Positions 1 to 11,782 are shown, counted from the first letter of the whole stretch. The stretch: 63,826 nt of DNA, filler included, from Octopus bimaculoides (GCF_001194135.2; 6 parts of 5 records of this genome joined end to end with filler, not necessarily neighbours in it), one strand, 5' to 3'. Notes: a model not told the origin generated them from the letters alone. Numbers and translations: made by a program.

Positions 1-1200
1 TAAATAATACAGAATGGGACAAGAACGCAAAACATTCAGACAGTTAGGTGATACAAGAAAGGGACAAAACATCCAGATAGACGATACAAAGAAGACATGG
101 ACAGGTCATTTGGAGTTTTCTGTCTTCAGTTGAGATCCAAACTATCCTTGCAATTTTGGCTGGTTATTCTCGATATTGCTCCAATCTGGCCAGCCCCAAG
201 GAAAAACTAAGCTATGAGCATTAGATTCCTTGGAAAAAAGCAGTGAATGTATACAAAAACAAGGACAGAAAAAAACGAACAATGTTACACAAATACAGTA
301 GTACAAATGCAGTAGGACAAACCAACAGATGTCTTTCGACTAAGGATGAATAAAATTAAGCTGGGGTATATGGAAATAAGGCCTTACAGCCGGGATACAA
401 GATTTCACAGACACAGGGAGGAATAATGATGTTGCACGCTCAACGGCTACCCAAGAAAGAAAGGTCAAGCTTGGCCGAACACCGGTCACGTGGGAAGAGA
501 AGAGAGAGCCGTAGAGGCAGAGGGACAAAAGAATTAAGGAGGGGCGAGAAAAAGTGACAGGGACACATTATTGTAATATTTTCTTTTTCTTTCACATCTC
601 TCTCTCGCTAGCCACTGCTTTCACCTTCAGCATACTTAGACAAAAAGATACCTTCCCCCACCCCCAAATTACTGTAAACTTTTCAAACAACAGCATCAAG
701 GATTTGAGATGCTGTTATTGTAAATTTTCCTGTTTAAGAAGTTGTTTTTCTTTAACAGTATTTATTACATAAATAAATGGGTTAAAGTAAATAAGAAATG
801 TAGATACAGGTTAATAAATGTCATATTATTTGCTGCTGATTGCATAGTAAGCCTTTTGGAGGAAAAAAAAAGCCCCAGAAATTAAATTAAAAAATAATAA
901 GATTATTAGTGCCTGGTAGATAATGATTTCCTCAAGCGAATCTTTTCTCTTGCTCCCCTTTGACCTTTCTGTCGTTCATTTCCCTACTTTATCGTTCTCA
1001 TTTCCTATCGTGCATAGGAATTATGTGTTTTCTTTACACAAATGATAATGTATCAACTTCCTTTCATTCCACATAACTCATTTTTTAATGCTTTCTCTAT
1101 TTCCAGCCAAACACATGCGTTCCTAAAGATCAAGGGAAATTACTCTGTTCAAATATCTAAGAGTTATATATCTTAACGAAAGCCAACGCGTTTATCATAC

Positions 1201-1242
<42 letters not shown>
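1201..1242. repeat. (AC)n microsatellite
   Basis: Run of AC dinucleotides, one ACGC interruption near the start. Confidence 0.95.
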
Positions 1243-1244
<2 letters not shown>

Positions 1245-1306
1245 CTCTCACTTTATGTGTGTGTGTGTATAACAAAAGAGGAGGTGTATTTCCATGTAGG
1301 AAATAA

Positions 1307-1580
1307 TATAGGAAAATTTGTTGTTGAAAATGCACCTAAATTTGAAGAACATGTAATTGTTTTTAAATAAATCTATTTACACACATATCAAACTAGTTTC
1401 AACAATATTTTTTTGTTTATCAATGGTAAAAATTTTAAATTATAAATTAGAAAGTCATGTTTAAAAGTTTCAATGTTTACAAGTTTCAATGAACATTTAA
1501 ATCGTATTTGATATTATTGAAACTTGTAAACATTGAAACTATCAAATTTAGGTGCATTTTCAACAACAAATTTTCCTATA
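1307..1580. mobile_element. MITE-like element with 39-bp perfect terminal inverted repeats
   Basis: 1307-1345 TATAGGAAAATTTGTTGTTGAAAATGCACCTAAATTTGA is the exact reverse complement of 1542-1580. Ends are TA-containing and the interior is non-coding. Confidence 0.8.
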
Positions 1581-1602
1581 TATGTACATATATAAGTATA
1601 TA

Positions 1603-1772
1603 TCTTCGTTTTTCCCTTCTTTGAACTTTCCTTGTTTCCGACGAAGAGCTCCACTCGAAACATCATACTCTCTCTCTTTCCTTTTCTGAGCGTCTAGTAA
1701 TACTATCTGTATCACGTCCTCACGTTGTTGTTTTTTGTTATTGTTTTTTGTCTTTTTCCTTTTTTTGAACTT
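1603..1772 (+). mobile_element. Short Penelope-LTR-like repeat with hammerhead-like motif (HH family 2)
   Basis: CCGACGA-A-GAG(CTCCA)CTC-GAAAC at 1638-1661. Related in layout to 24276-24470 and 61017-61198. Ends in (TA)n. Confidence 0.5.
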
Positions 1773-1909
1773 ATATATATATATATATATATATAAGATA
1801 TTATAATGATAAATTAATATTATGATATATTAAATACGTTATAATATAGGTAGCTATAGCAATTAAAAACTAAAAAGGTAGAATACATAAATAGGGGTGC
1901 AAATATGTG

Positions 1910-3640
1910 TATCTTTATTGCCCACAAGGGGCGCACATAGACGGGACAAGACATGCGGGACACACAACAATGAAAAAATAAAATATGATAATATGAATGA
2001 CAATGAAAAATGAGAAAATGGAAATGGACCCACTCGCCCCACTTTCTACTTTTTGAAACTGATCCCTCTAGCGTATCAAAACCCCGTTTCCTCCAATAAC
2101 CTGTCATAAGTCGTGTAATTTGGTAATAAAACCCAGTCATAGTCCAACTCCCAATAACTGTAACCGTGTCCAAACGTATATATTATCTCTTCTTGTTCTT
2201 TTGTTGGGAGCACACACCTGTGCCACTCCCCAATGTTATCAAATCCAGTAGCTCCTACTTCCTTTAACTCATTCCATGAATAAAACTCATCTATCAGTTC
2301 GTTATTGGATCTATATAGCATGAAAGCTTTGTATTTCTTTTTCCTTTTTTTTTTTTTTTTGACTTGGAGAGAGTTTGAAATTCTTTGTGTGTGTTTGCTT
2401 TCTTGTTTTGTTTTTGTGTCGGATGGGAATGGGTAGACTTGGTGTCTGCTGNNNNNNNNNNNNNNNNNNNNNNNNNNNNNNNNNNNNNNNNNNNNNNNNN
2501 NNNNNNNNNNNNNNNNNNNNNNNNNNNNNNNNNNNNNGGGCATGGGTTGGGGTTTACAGCTCAAATCACTTGCCTTCTTTCTCTTTCTTACGGTGACTTT
2601 CTCCCACTTATCCTCTGTTGCTGCTACTTCCTCCTCCTTTCTTGTTTCTTCCTTTCTAGAACTCTTCGGCCTCTCTTCTTTTTGCTCCTTCATCTTGTTT
2701 AATCTCTTCTCCTCTGCTTCTTTGGTTTGTGAAGGGTAGTCCGCTCTAATGTGGCCCTTCTGGCCACATTTAAAGCAGCGTGGAACTCTGTCCTCCATTC
2801 TGACCACTTCATCCATGATTATTTACTCTGTGATATTTTCCAGAGTCTCAGCTGATTCTTGAACAATTATGTTTAGTGTTTGTCCCTTCCATATCATGCT
2901 TTCCTTTTTTGTAGCCTGGTGCATCACTATGCTGTCCTCATTACCAAAGAGGACAGTGCCTGCTACCCAGGCCACATCAATTTCCGGTGGGATTCCTTCA
3001 ACACTTATTCTTGTTGCTCTTCGTCCTCTGTAAGTGGGCAAAAGCACCACTTCCTTACTTTTGATAGATGTTGCCGCTTGTTTTCTTGCAGATACCGCAT
3101 CCTTGAACCTCATCTCCACTACTCCAAACATCGAACCTCTTGCAAGGTACACGATATCTTTCCAGATCGGCCTCAGAGCCTTTTCCACCTGTTCCGTAGT
3201 TACAATATCAATTTTACCTTTGCTTATCGAATAGGTTCAGTACATTATTGTCCTCTCCCTAATGTTGTTTCTTGTCTCTTGTGGTGGGGATAGCTTTATC
3301 GCAAAGCCATCCCAACTCATTAAATCTTTATGCCTTCCAAATCCTTCAATATTTATTTCCTTCTCCTGACATTTTGCCACATCGGCAAAATTCCTCTTCT
3401 CCATGTTTAGTTTATTGTCCATCCTCCAGACAGCCTCCAGTAATTCTTCTTCTGACGATGATATCTCTGAGAGGCTGTAGTCTTCTACAGACATGCTTTT
3501 ACCTAGCTATCTCTCCCCTACGAGAAGAGAAAGCAGAAACGAATAAACCGTAATTACAAAAACCGCTGCAAAGCAGCACAAAACTCTCAAACATCACAGA
3601 AAAACACCAGCACAAAAAGCAAAGCACAAACTCAGGTTAA
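1910..3640 (-). mobile_element. L1/Tx1-like ORF1-bearing retroelement, decayed, no ORF2 visible
   Basis: Pieces 3237-3494 (MSVED..NFADVAK), 2823-3188 (FGVVEMRF..LLPTYRGRR..GIPPEIDVAW) and 2076-2816 (PRCFKCGQKGHIRADY, CCHC knuckle with last C lost). The 3' end gccccttgtgggcAATAAAgat lies at about 1910-1935. An 86-N gap sits at 2452-2537. Confidence 0.75.
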
Positions 3641-3659
3641 ATATGGATTTGCAAATATG

Positions 3660-3810
3660 TATATGATATGTATATGTGTATGTATGTATGTATGTATGTA
3701 TGCATGTATGTATGTATGTATGTATAAACATACATACAAACATATGTATATACATACACACATACATAATTACATACATACATACATACATACATATGTA
3801 CGTACATATA
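3660..3810. repeat. (TATG)n/(TACA)n compound microsatellite
   Basis: Tetranucleotide runs that switch strand orientation near 3725. Confidence 0.9.
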
Positions 3811-3873
3811 TAGTTTGTAGCGGACACTTGAGTGAAATTCCTCTCCTCTCTATTATATATACATACATATGAA

Positions 3874-4210
3874 TGTAGTAGATAACAGCTAGCCTTTGGC
3901 TGCATGTCGGACCCTGTTGTGTCCACTACTCTGATTGGTTGGTATTGGCACAATTTGTCTCTTATTCTACAATGCCAATATGCAGCGTATAACCAATCGA
4001 AGCCCCTAAATAAGGTCACGTGTGACAGCATGTTCTCAACTCACTTTTGAGCCTACAACTCCTTATAAAAACCTAGTTTCTCTTCATCTCGATGTCTTCT
4101 GCTTCCAGACCATCATTTGCTCACATTCTTACGTGTTATATCTGCTTGAGTTTGATTTTACCTTGAAGGTTAGTTGTTGTAATTGTTGCCTGCTTGCAGG
4201 AATTGTTACA
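3874..4210 (+). promoter_or_regulatory. Possible solo-LTR or Pol II promoter-like segment
   Basis: CCAAT at about 3975 and 3993, CACGTG at 4017-4022, TATAAAA at 4064-4070, TGTA...TACA ends. No TSD found. Confidence 0.25.
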
Positions 4211-4404
4211 TTGTGCTTGTTGGTTTCCCATAAGGGAAACGTTGTTAAATAATTGTCTGCGTTAATATTGTGAACTGTTATTCTCCCCCAAGGGAGAATG
4301 ATATATAAATTGCGTTTACCGCTTGCAGTTAATTTTGAACCGCATTCCCTTTCGGAACAAAAATTGTGGAATTTTTGAATATTTAAAAAAAAAATATTAA
4401 AACA

Positions 4405-5968
4405 ATGTCTTCAGTAGAAGAACAAAAAAAAAAAAGAAAAATGAATTTTGCCGCCGTTGTTGGCAGACTTGAAACGATTACTTTGAAAATGGAAGATATA
4501 CAGGCATACTATGGTATGATCACCGAAGAAAATGGTGAAAGTAAGAAACAAGTGAAATAAGAAACAAGACGAAGGAAAAGACCATTATATATAAAACATA
4601 TGATGTGGAAAAGAAAAGGCTGGAATATTTGGAGGAAAGCACAATTGAAAGGTGTCTCAGGCTGGTGATAAATGAAATAAAGTACCTAGCCCAAGGCACA
4701 AGGTATGCGACCACCAAAGCAAGGTTCGAATCGATTGAGAAGGCAAGAGAATTCTCAACTCGAACCTTGCTATGTGGCAACGTCATGCTACTGCCTCTAT
4801 ATCTGGGATGCAGAACATCCCAGATAAGGATTAAGAACATCCCCCACCCAGAGGTGGAGGTAGCATGGATTGTTGCCACACTCATCTACAAGAGAGAGGA
4901 CAAAATAAATATTATTCAGATCTCCAGAAACGCCCCACAAAATTGGCAGGGTCAAACTCTGGAGATCCTGGCACAAGCAACAAGTCTGGATTTGGAAGGT
5001 CTACATGAAACGATACACGTAAAGGAGTCAATATTGGCAGTCCATGTGGAGGGGAGAAGACCCATGTGCTTTCAATGTGGAAAAAAAGGGCACCTGAGGT
5101 CAAAATGCCCCACAAAAAAACAAAAAACAAAGAAGGACAAGGAAGCAGAGGAGGAGTAAGAGAAAAACGAAGAGACGGTCACCCCAGCCATGGAGAATGT
5201 GACACAGCGGGTGACTACCTCTACTAGTAAAGACGAACCCAGGGGGGAAAAGTAAAGAGGCAGCACTTCCATCCAAGGAGGCTGTCACACAGCGAACAAC
5301 CACCTCTACCAGTAAAGATGACCCCAAGGAGATAAGTAAAGAGGCGGCACTTCTGGCCAAGGAGGCCATTACACAGTGAACGACCGCCTCTACCAGTAAA
5401 AATGACCCCAAGGGAAAAAGTAAAGAGGCAGTACTTCTGGCCAAGGAGGCCATTACACAGCAAATGACTGCCTCCATTAGTGGGGAAAACCCCGGGAAGC
5501 CAGAGTTAGTTGTGACATGGTCTATTGAAAATATGAACTTCCGGATGGTGTCATGTAAGCGAACCAAGAGAATGGAGTCGCCCACCAATTCACAGGGGGT
5601 GGCTCCAAAAATCAAAATAGTCAAGAAGCCCGAACTGAAGGAAAAAGGAAAAAATGAAAGAAAATATGTTTATGTCAGAGACATTCGATATTCCTGAAAG
5701 GGAGGACACTATGACAATTGCTTACAGAAACAACAAATACCTGGATGGGGTCATTGGACCTCACCACAAAACGTCACTATATGTCAACGACAATAAGGTG
5801 AACCCAGTAACATTGGGAAAAATTGCTCGAAAATTATACAATGAACTTAAAAGTAGACATCCAAAAGAGATAGCAGAACTGAAAGAACTGCCTAAGGTAT
5901 TTAACACACCAGAAGAACCATTTTTGTATGAAAGAAAGGAGGTGGGGAACTTGTCTCAGAGTTACTGA
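4405..5968 (+). pseudogene. LINE ORF1 (RRM-like region plus CCHC zinc knuckle), disrupted
   Basis: RFESIEKAR..LLPLYLG..IKNIPHPEVEVAW..VEGRRPMCFQCGKKGHLRSKCP aligns by eye with the three other ORF1 copies. Contains stops and frameshifts. Confidence 0.8.
5202..5490 (+). repeat. 84-bp (28-aa) tandem repeat within ORF1 C-terminus, about 3.4 copies
   Basis: ACACAG anchors at 5202, 5287, 5371 and 5455 (spacing 85, 84, 84). The unit reads like EAVTQRTTTSTSKDDPKEISKEAALLAK. Confidence 0.9.
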
Positions 5969-6025
5969 GAATAATCTCCCTCAAAAGATGTATGAGCAGG
6001 TAAGCTCGAATTTCCTTCTTTTATC

Positions 6026-6710
6026 GTGTTTGACATGGCTATGCTATGTATTGCGTGTTTAAATGTCTGTGGCCTGGGTTTGAAGAGGAAGCAGACTTGC
6101 CTCCTTGACGACCTCAGATCACACAGAATTGATATTATGGTTGCTATAGAGACCAGGCTGGACAAGCTGCAGGCCTTCTCAACTCTTCTGAATGGCTATG
6201 AGAAAATCATGTCTCCTAGCCAGAAGGGGTGGGGAGTAGAGGTGTTGTAGTTTTGCTCTGGAAAAGCCTGGCCCTGCAGACATGTATGATCTTCGTGGAC
6301 CCAGAAGGCGAGTTAGTCGTTCTGGATCTGACATACAAAGGTAAGGCCTTCAGGTTGGTTGGCATCTATGCACCTAGCACGCTAGGCAAACGGGATGAGT
6401 TCTATCAACGCTTGGAGAACTTTCTTGTGACATCAAAGACACTAGTTTTGCTAGGTGATTTTAACACTATTCTGGATGCACGCCTGGATAGCGTAGGTTC
6501 GAATGTTAGGAAGTGTAACTCACACCTCATCGATCTGCTGAAGCGATTTAGACTGGCAGATCGATACAGACTTGATAATCCGAGCATTCCAATGTGGACT
6601 TGGTCTAATAACGACGGGTCTATCAGGTCTTATATAGACAGGATAATAGTTAATGCTAGAGATAAGTCTAGTTTAAGCTGTCCACAGTTTACCTATGTAC
6701 CCTATACGCT
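6026..6710 (+). pseudogene. APE-type endonuclease domain of LINE ORF2 (frameshifted, truncated)
   Basis: Motifs in the expected order: LNVCGL, IETRL, GIYAP, LLGDFN, MWTWS, YIDRI. Frameshift near 6235. Homology stops just before the expected (S/T)DH motif. Confidence 0.9.
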
Positions 6711-7338
6711 TTATCATTGTAGATGCCTCACCCGAACTACAGAATGGCAGTCTATGCTTGCATTCTCAACTAAAAATCAATGGCCCGATATCAGAATATC
6801 TTCTCTTGTTCAAGTGAACCTTTAGAATTCATGTTCTTCGTCTTGAACTTGTGCCTAGAAGAGTATGCATTCTTCGTAAGGAGATACACGGTATTCTTCC
6901 AAATAATCTCCTTTTGAAGTAATTTTCTCCCACAATGTTGACTGTTAATGTTTGATACCAGTAAATACACCAAATGCAACAATGGGAGAATACTTCAAGC
7001 AAGCCAGCCATCACTTTCGCAGCCATCACTTTCACAGCCATCATTCCTGTCTACTGCCATGTTCAGATGCCTTATGTGTTGAGATAGAAAATTACCAGTT
7101 TGCCTGCCATTTTCTGACGCCTTCTTAAACAAAAAAGAAACTAATTTTTTTTCAGCAGACTGCAACACAGGCTTGGCAACTGAAAAAAAAAAATTTTTTT
7201 TTCATTGCTGCACACAGTACACAAAAAAATAAAATCAAAAGTTTTGTTAAGTAAATTTTTTTTTTTGCACACATGTTCATATTCCAGCAACACTTTTGTT
7301 GGTTCTTTGGTCCTTTTCTTTTCTTTCCTCTGTACAAA

Positions 7339-7590
7339 ATGAGTCTTCCCAGCTTACTTACGTACTCTGGTGACATCACACTTTGGTTTGCTCAATTGGA
7401 TGTGTATTTTTCCGCTCATGCTGTGCCTCACCAACAGCAGCTAAACCTTTTGTACTGTGGGATGCCTTCCCCTCTTGCATGCTCAGTGAAAGATCTCATC
7501 ACTGACCCACATTCGGATGTGACTTACGCATTCGTCAAATCCGAGGTTCTCCATTGGAACACACAAATTCCAGACACTGATGCAGGATGA
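7339..7590 (+). mobile_element. Gypsy-type LTR-retrotransposon gag N-terminal fragment (83-aa open frame)
   Basis: MSLPSLLTYSGDITLWFAQLDVYF..MPSPLACSVKDLITDP..TYAFVKSEVL fits the LWFAQxE..F / LP..VA..V.DLI..P..PY..LK pattern of Gypsy gag N-termini. Confidence 0.7.
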
Positions 7591-7874
7591 ACACCTGGGA
7601 GAAGGAGATACTCATAAACCTTCCATTCCATTATAAGTTCATAGATGAGAAACAAATATTCACTGTATAGAATACACTTAGTGCTCAAGAGGTTTAAACT
7701 CGAGCGGGTAGAGAAGTAAATGTAAGGATAAGCAAGTTAGGCAGGTCAAAATACAAAGTATATTAAATACATAAAAAGGTCTGACTGGCACAGAATAGAA
7801 AAATATCAAGAACTAAAGGGGTTGAAGAAAAGTATTACAAACCCAATGTACGTACGTATGTATGTATGTACACA

Positions 7875-7938
<64 letters not shown>

Positions 7939-8038
7939 NNNNNNNNNNNNNNNNNNNNNNNNNNNNNNNNNNNNNNNNNNNNTTAATTAATTAANNNNNN
8001 NNNNNNNNNNNNNNNNNNNNNNNNNNNNNNNNNNNNNN
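7939..8038. other. Artificial scaffold join N44-TTAATTAATTAA-N44
   Basis: The identical 100-bp construct also occurs at 20782-20881, 39079-39178, 57203-57302 and 59976-60075. The 12-mer gives stops in all six frames. Confidence 0.95.
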
Positions 8039-8395
8039 CTGTTATAGTTTCTTCAATGAGAATATTGACCAAGGTTACCGTGGTCTTTTCCGTGGGCTTT
8101 TCCTTCCACGGCTAAACCTAAACTGTCCTCCCCTCTTTTTACACGAGAACATTACTGTGTGATACACGATCCCTATTGATCGGCCTTTCCTTTTCTTTTT
8201 TTTTCGATCCCTTTTGATCGAACTGCCCCTTTTTCCCTTCCTACGATCCCTTTTGATCGACACCACCAATTTTTTTATTTTTTTATTTTTTTTTATTTAT
8301 TTATTTTTTTCCTTCCTCCCCCCTCCCAAAAAGAAAAGCTCTACATTGTATTTGTCCCATCTTCGTTGAGCCCTGTGTGGCTAATAAAAGAAATG

Positions 8396-8429
<34 letters not shown>

Positions 8430-8435
8430 CCTATC
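8039..8435 (+). mobile_element. 3' UTR/terminus of an L1/Tx1-like element followed by a (TCTA)n tail
   Basis: Ends gagccctgtgtggctAATAAAagaaat, similar to the 3' ends at about 1910 and 41783. Contains three CGATCCCT(T/A)TTGATCG repeats at 8166-8260. Confidence 0.55.
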
Positions 8436-8555
8436 ACTAACATGATAAACCAATGTAGGTTAGAGAGAAATGATTCATGGATTTATATTTGAAATTATTT
8501 CAAAATCATTTTTGGCGATTTAGATGCTCTTTTCAGATTAAGGAAGTTTTCTTAG

Positions 8556-8612
<57 letters not shown>
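8556..8612. repeat. (CTA)19 microsatellite
   Basis: Perfect trinucleotide run. Confidence 0.95.
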
Positions 8613-8948
8613 ACAATATCAACAAGAATATCGCATTCGATATTCACATCTTTTATTCTGTGCTAATAGGCAACATTTGAGGTGTAGTAATCAATAAAGG
8701 GTGTTTAAACATTTGTCATTGTTCTTTGCTTGTTTGTTTTCTTCATAAAATAGTAATCAATGGTTTCATTCTCAGCAACAACAACCATATTAACAAAGCT
8801 AGTACTTTAGGAATGTCACCATTCTGACATCTTGGATATTTACTTTCCTTTTCCGATAGCAGCCACGTTCCTACTTCCTTACCGACAAATACCCGGATAT
8901 TTTTCACCACTTCACTGTTTTTCTAACTAATTAATTACAATTAGTGAA

Positions 8949-9270
8949 GGAGCGTAGCTTAGTGGTTAGGGTATTCGGTTCACAATCCCAAGTTCGTGAG
9001 TTCGATACTTGGAGGTGCGTCGTGTCCTTGAGCAACACGCTTTATTTTCACGTTGCTCCGATCCACTCAGCTGGCAGAAATTGAATAGTATCTGTATTTC
9101 AAAGGGTCAGCCATGTCACATTCTGTGTCACGCTGAATCTCCCTGCGAACTACGTTAAGGGTACACGTGTCTGTGGAGTGCTCAGCTACTTGCACGTTAA
9201 TTTCACGAGCAGGCTGTTCCGTCGATCGGATCAACAGGGACACTGGTCCTTGCAACCGATGGAGTACCAG
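8949..9270 (+). mobile_element. tRNA-derived SINE, family C
   Basis: A-box-like TAGCTTAGTGG, B-box-like GTTCGATAC, then GTGTCCTTGAGCAACAC. Diverged copies of the body occur at about 14075-14215, 27390-27550 and 35335-35730 on the minus strand. Confidence 0.8.
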
Positions 9271-9443
9271 CTTCAATACTATGACGCTAGAAAAATAGAA
9301 AAATATTCTTTTCTACTCTAGGCACAAGGCCCAACATTTTTGAGGGGGCTTTTCAACATTATTAATGTACTGAAGTGCAGTACATGTTTTTATCGTTTCA
9401 TAGGGTTTGCATAGTGGGGATATGGTCATTATACACACAAGAA

Positions 9444-9476
<33 letters not shown>

Positions 9477-9984
9477 TTGTTTGTATGTATGTATGTATTT
9501 GTTTGTATGTATGTATGTATTTATGTATGTACATATGTGTGTTTGTCTGTCTGTCTGTCTGTATGTATGTATGTATTTATGTTGCAGATGATATCGTATT
9601 ACTGTTTGCAAACGATAGGTGTGTCATAACTTATCTTTTTCCATCCATACTTGAAGCTTAAAAGTATTTCAAGTCTAATCTTATTTGACAGGATTAAATA
9701 CAAATGAGTGAAATAAATCAATTTAATTGACTGAATATATCAGTTACTAAATTCATATACATATGTGCACGCCTACACATGTATACCTGTGTGTTTGTAA
9801 CTGTTTACATCTTGGGTGTAGAAGCAGCTGTACGACTGTTACAGTTCAGTTTCCAGCTCCACGTAGATTACCATCGTCCACTCTGCTTCCAATTTGCAGA
9901 ATCAATAAAGAAGAAATCGCTAGAAGCACATGTTTCACCATTGTGGTTGTTTGGAACTGTGCGTTGAGTGTTCATCAAGGACCA

Positions 9985-10430
9985 CATTATTACAATTTTT
10001 AAGAAAGAACTAATGTCTAGAACTGGTGGAATTGGGAAAATAAGGAGGCGTTTTATAAGTATTTTGAGAAGGAATGGAGAGAAAAAAACTACCTGAGAAA
10101 GATAAAGAGGGATTAGAAACAAGAAAAAGGGAGAGACAAAAAGAATAAAATATAGAGTATAGAGGGAAAGAAGAGTGAAGAGAAAAGTAAGAGAGAAAAA
10201 CAGGAGCAAAAAGAATAAAAGAATGGAAGATTAAATTGGAGAACCATGAAAGAGATAAATAACAATATATTAAGAACTTGATAACGTGAAATGAATATAT
10301 AAATGAATTAATAAATAGATACGCCCAAGAGATAAGGAAACAAGGAGAAAGAAAATAAGGCGAAGTCAGGGAGTGCAGGCGAGAGAGGAAGAGGATAGAG
10401 ATTATAAATCAAGGGGCATATTGCAGAATT
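9985..10430 (+). repeat. GA-rich low-complexity tract
   Basis: Purine-biased degenerate repeats. A similar tract lies at about 47430-47800. Confidence 0.7.
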
Positions 10431-11244
10431 ATGAATGAGTTAACACATCAATTCAATTGAAAACCAAAACAGGTTGAAAAATGAATATAAGCACATGTGT
10501 ATATATATGTATATATATGTATATATATGTGTGTGTGTATATATATATAGAACAATGTATAAATAAGTGATATAGATATCCACTTTATTCAGCTCAACCG
10601 AATAGCGGTCTGATAGCGTTTCGGGAATATAAAATTTAGGAGAGGAGAAAACAAATTCAAAGGCCGATGTATGCATTCATTCAATCCATATTAGCGAAGT
10701 TCTCCATGGTGTACAATGTGCATACATAGACGCATTCATGTATATGATATATAAACATTTCTAAGAATTTATAAATACGTACACATACACGAAAATTTAT
10801 ATATATAGGAATTCATACACATATAAAAATTTACAAACGCATAAAAATTCATAAATGTAAATATATATAAAAAAAAAAGTGTGAGTCCATAAATGTTTTT
10901 GCGAAGTCCGAATGAAAAGGATGACGAAGCGGATGTAAACTGATTCATAAGGGGTCTGGAACATGTATAAAGTCTATGTATAAAGTCTTACGGCCGTTTC
11001 GAAAAGATATAGGTTGCTATGGGTGCGCTAACTCCAACCATAGCAATATTCTATATTTCTCTCATCAGAGTTCATAGAATCACAAGGTTAAAATTTTAAA
11101 AGAAATGGTGGGTTAAATAATTTAGACACATACCCGCATACAGAAATATACACACACACATAAGCACACAATACAGACATATACATACATACATACATAC
11201 ACATCGCCCCGCCTGAGTGTATTATTTTAATCTTTTTTTGTTAT

Positions 11245-11621
11245 TTTTCTTGTTTGTCATTTGACTGCGGCCATGCTGGAGCACTGCCTTAAAAGGTGTT
11301 AGTTGAAGAAATCGACCCCAGGAATTATTCTTTGTAAGCCTACTACTTATTCTATCGGTCTGTTTTGCCGAATCGCTAAGATACGGGGACATAAACACAC
11401 CAGCATCGGTTGTTAAGGGATGGTGCGTAAAGGGGGACAAAAACAGACACACACACACACACATATATATACAACGGGCTTCTTCCGCCTTCCGTCTACC
11501 AAATTCACTGACATGGCTTTGGTTGACTCGAGGCTATAGTAGAAGACACTTACCCAAGGGACCGAACCCGGAACCATGTGGTTGGGAAGCAAGCTTCTTA
11601 CTACACAGCCACACCTGCGCC
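11245..11621 (-). mobile_element. tRNA-derived SINE, family A (full length)
   Basis: Head GCGCAGGTGTGGCTGTGTAGTAAG, CORE-like CCCTTGGGTAAGTGTCTT, internal (TA)/(TG)n, tail GCAGTCAAATGACAAACAAG. Matches many other copies in the window. Confidence 0.9.
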
Positions 11622-11782
11622 CATACTGATTACCTATCGACAGCGTCCGTATTGATTACCTATGGACAGCGGAAAAGAACTTATGTAGGTCAACAGAAAG
11701 GTTTTCGTAACTTTTCTGAGTACTACAGGTGTCTTTAAAGCATGATTTGTGTACGCGTTGTCCAATATTCTATATATTGTTT

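Larger units (their letters stand above)
4300..6710 (+). mobile_element. L1/Tx1-clade LINE, 5' portion (ORF1 plus APE endonuclease), 3'-truncated
   Basis: ATG at 4405 (MSSVEEQ..MNFAAVVG). ORF1 core 4605-5159 ends in CFQCGKKGHLRSKC. Endonuclease starts at about 6035. Confidence 0.88.

Noticed and set aside
1-545. Repeat-like sequence at the window start and the 62-aa minus-strand ORF
   Set aside because: Probably a retroelement tail, but there is no diagnostic motif or second copy in the window to classify it.
5202-5490. Repeat-spacer appearance suggestive of a CRISPR array (also 8166-8260)
   Set aside because: Units are contiguous tandem repeats without unique spacers, in a eukaryotic retroelement, and there are no cas genes.
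7983-7994. Recurrent TTAATTAATTAA motif (five exact copies)
   Set aside because: Always centred in exactly 44+44 N, so it is an assembly spacer with six-frame stops and not biology.
8949-9030. tRNA-like sequences here and at 43072, 50186 and other SINE heads
   Set aside because: They have A/B boxes but no complete cloverleaf or acceptor stem, and they continue into SINE bodies. They are not tRNA genes.
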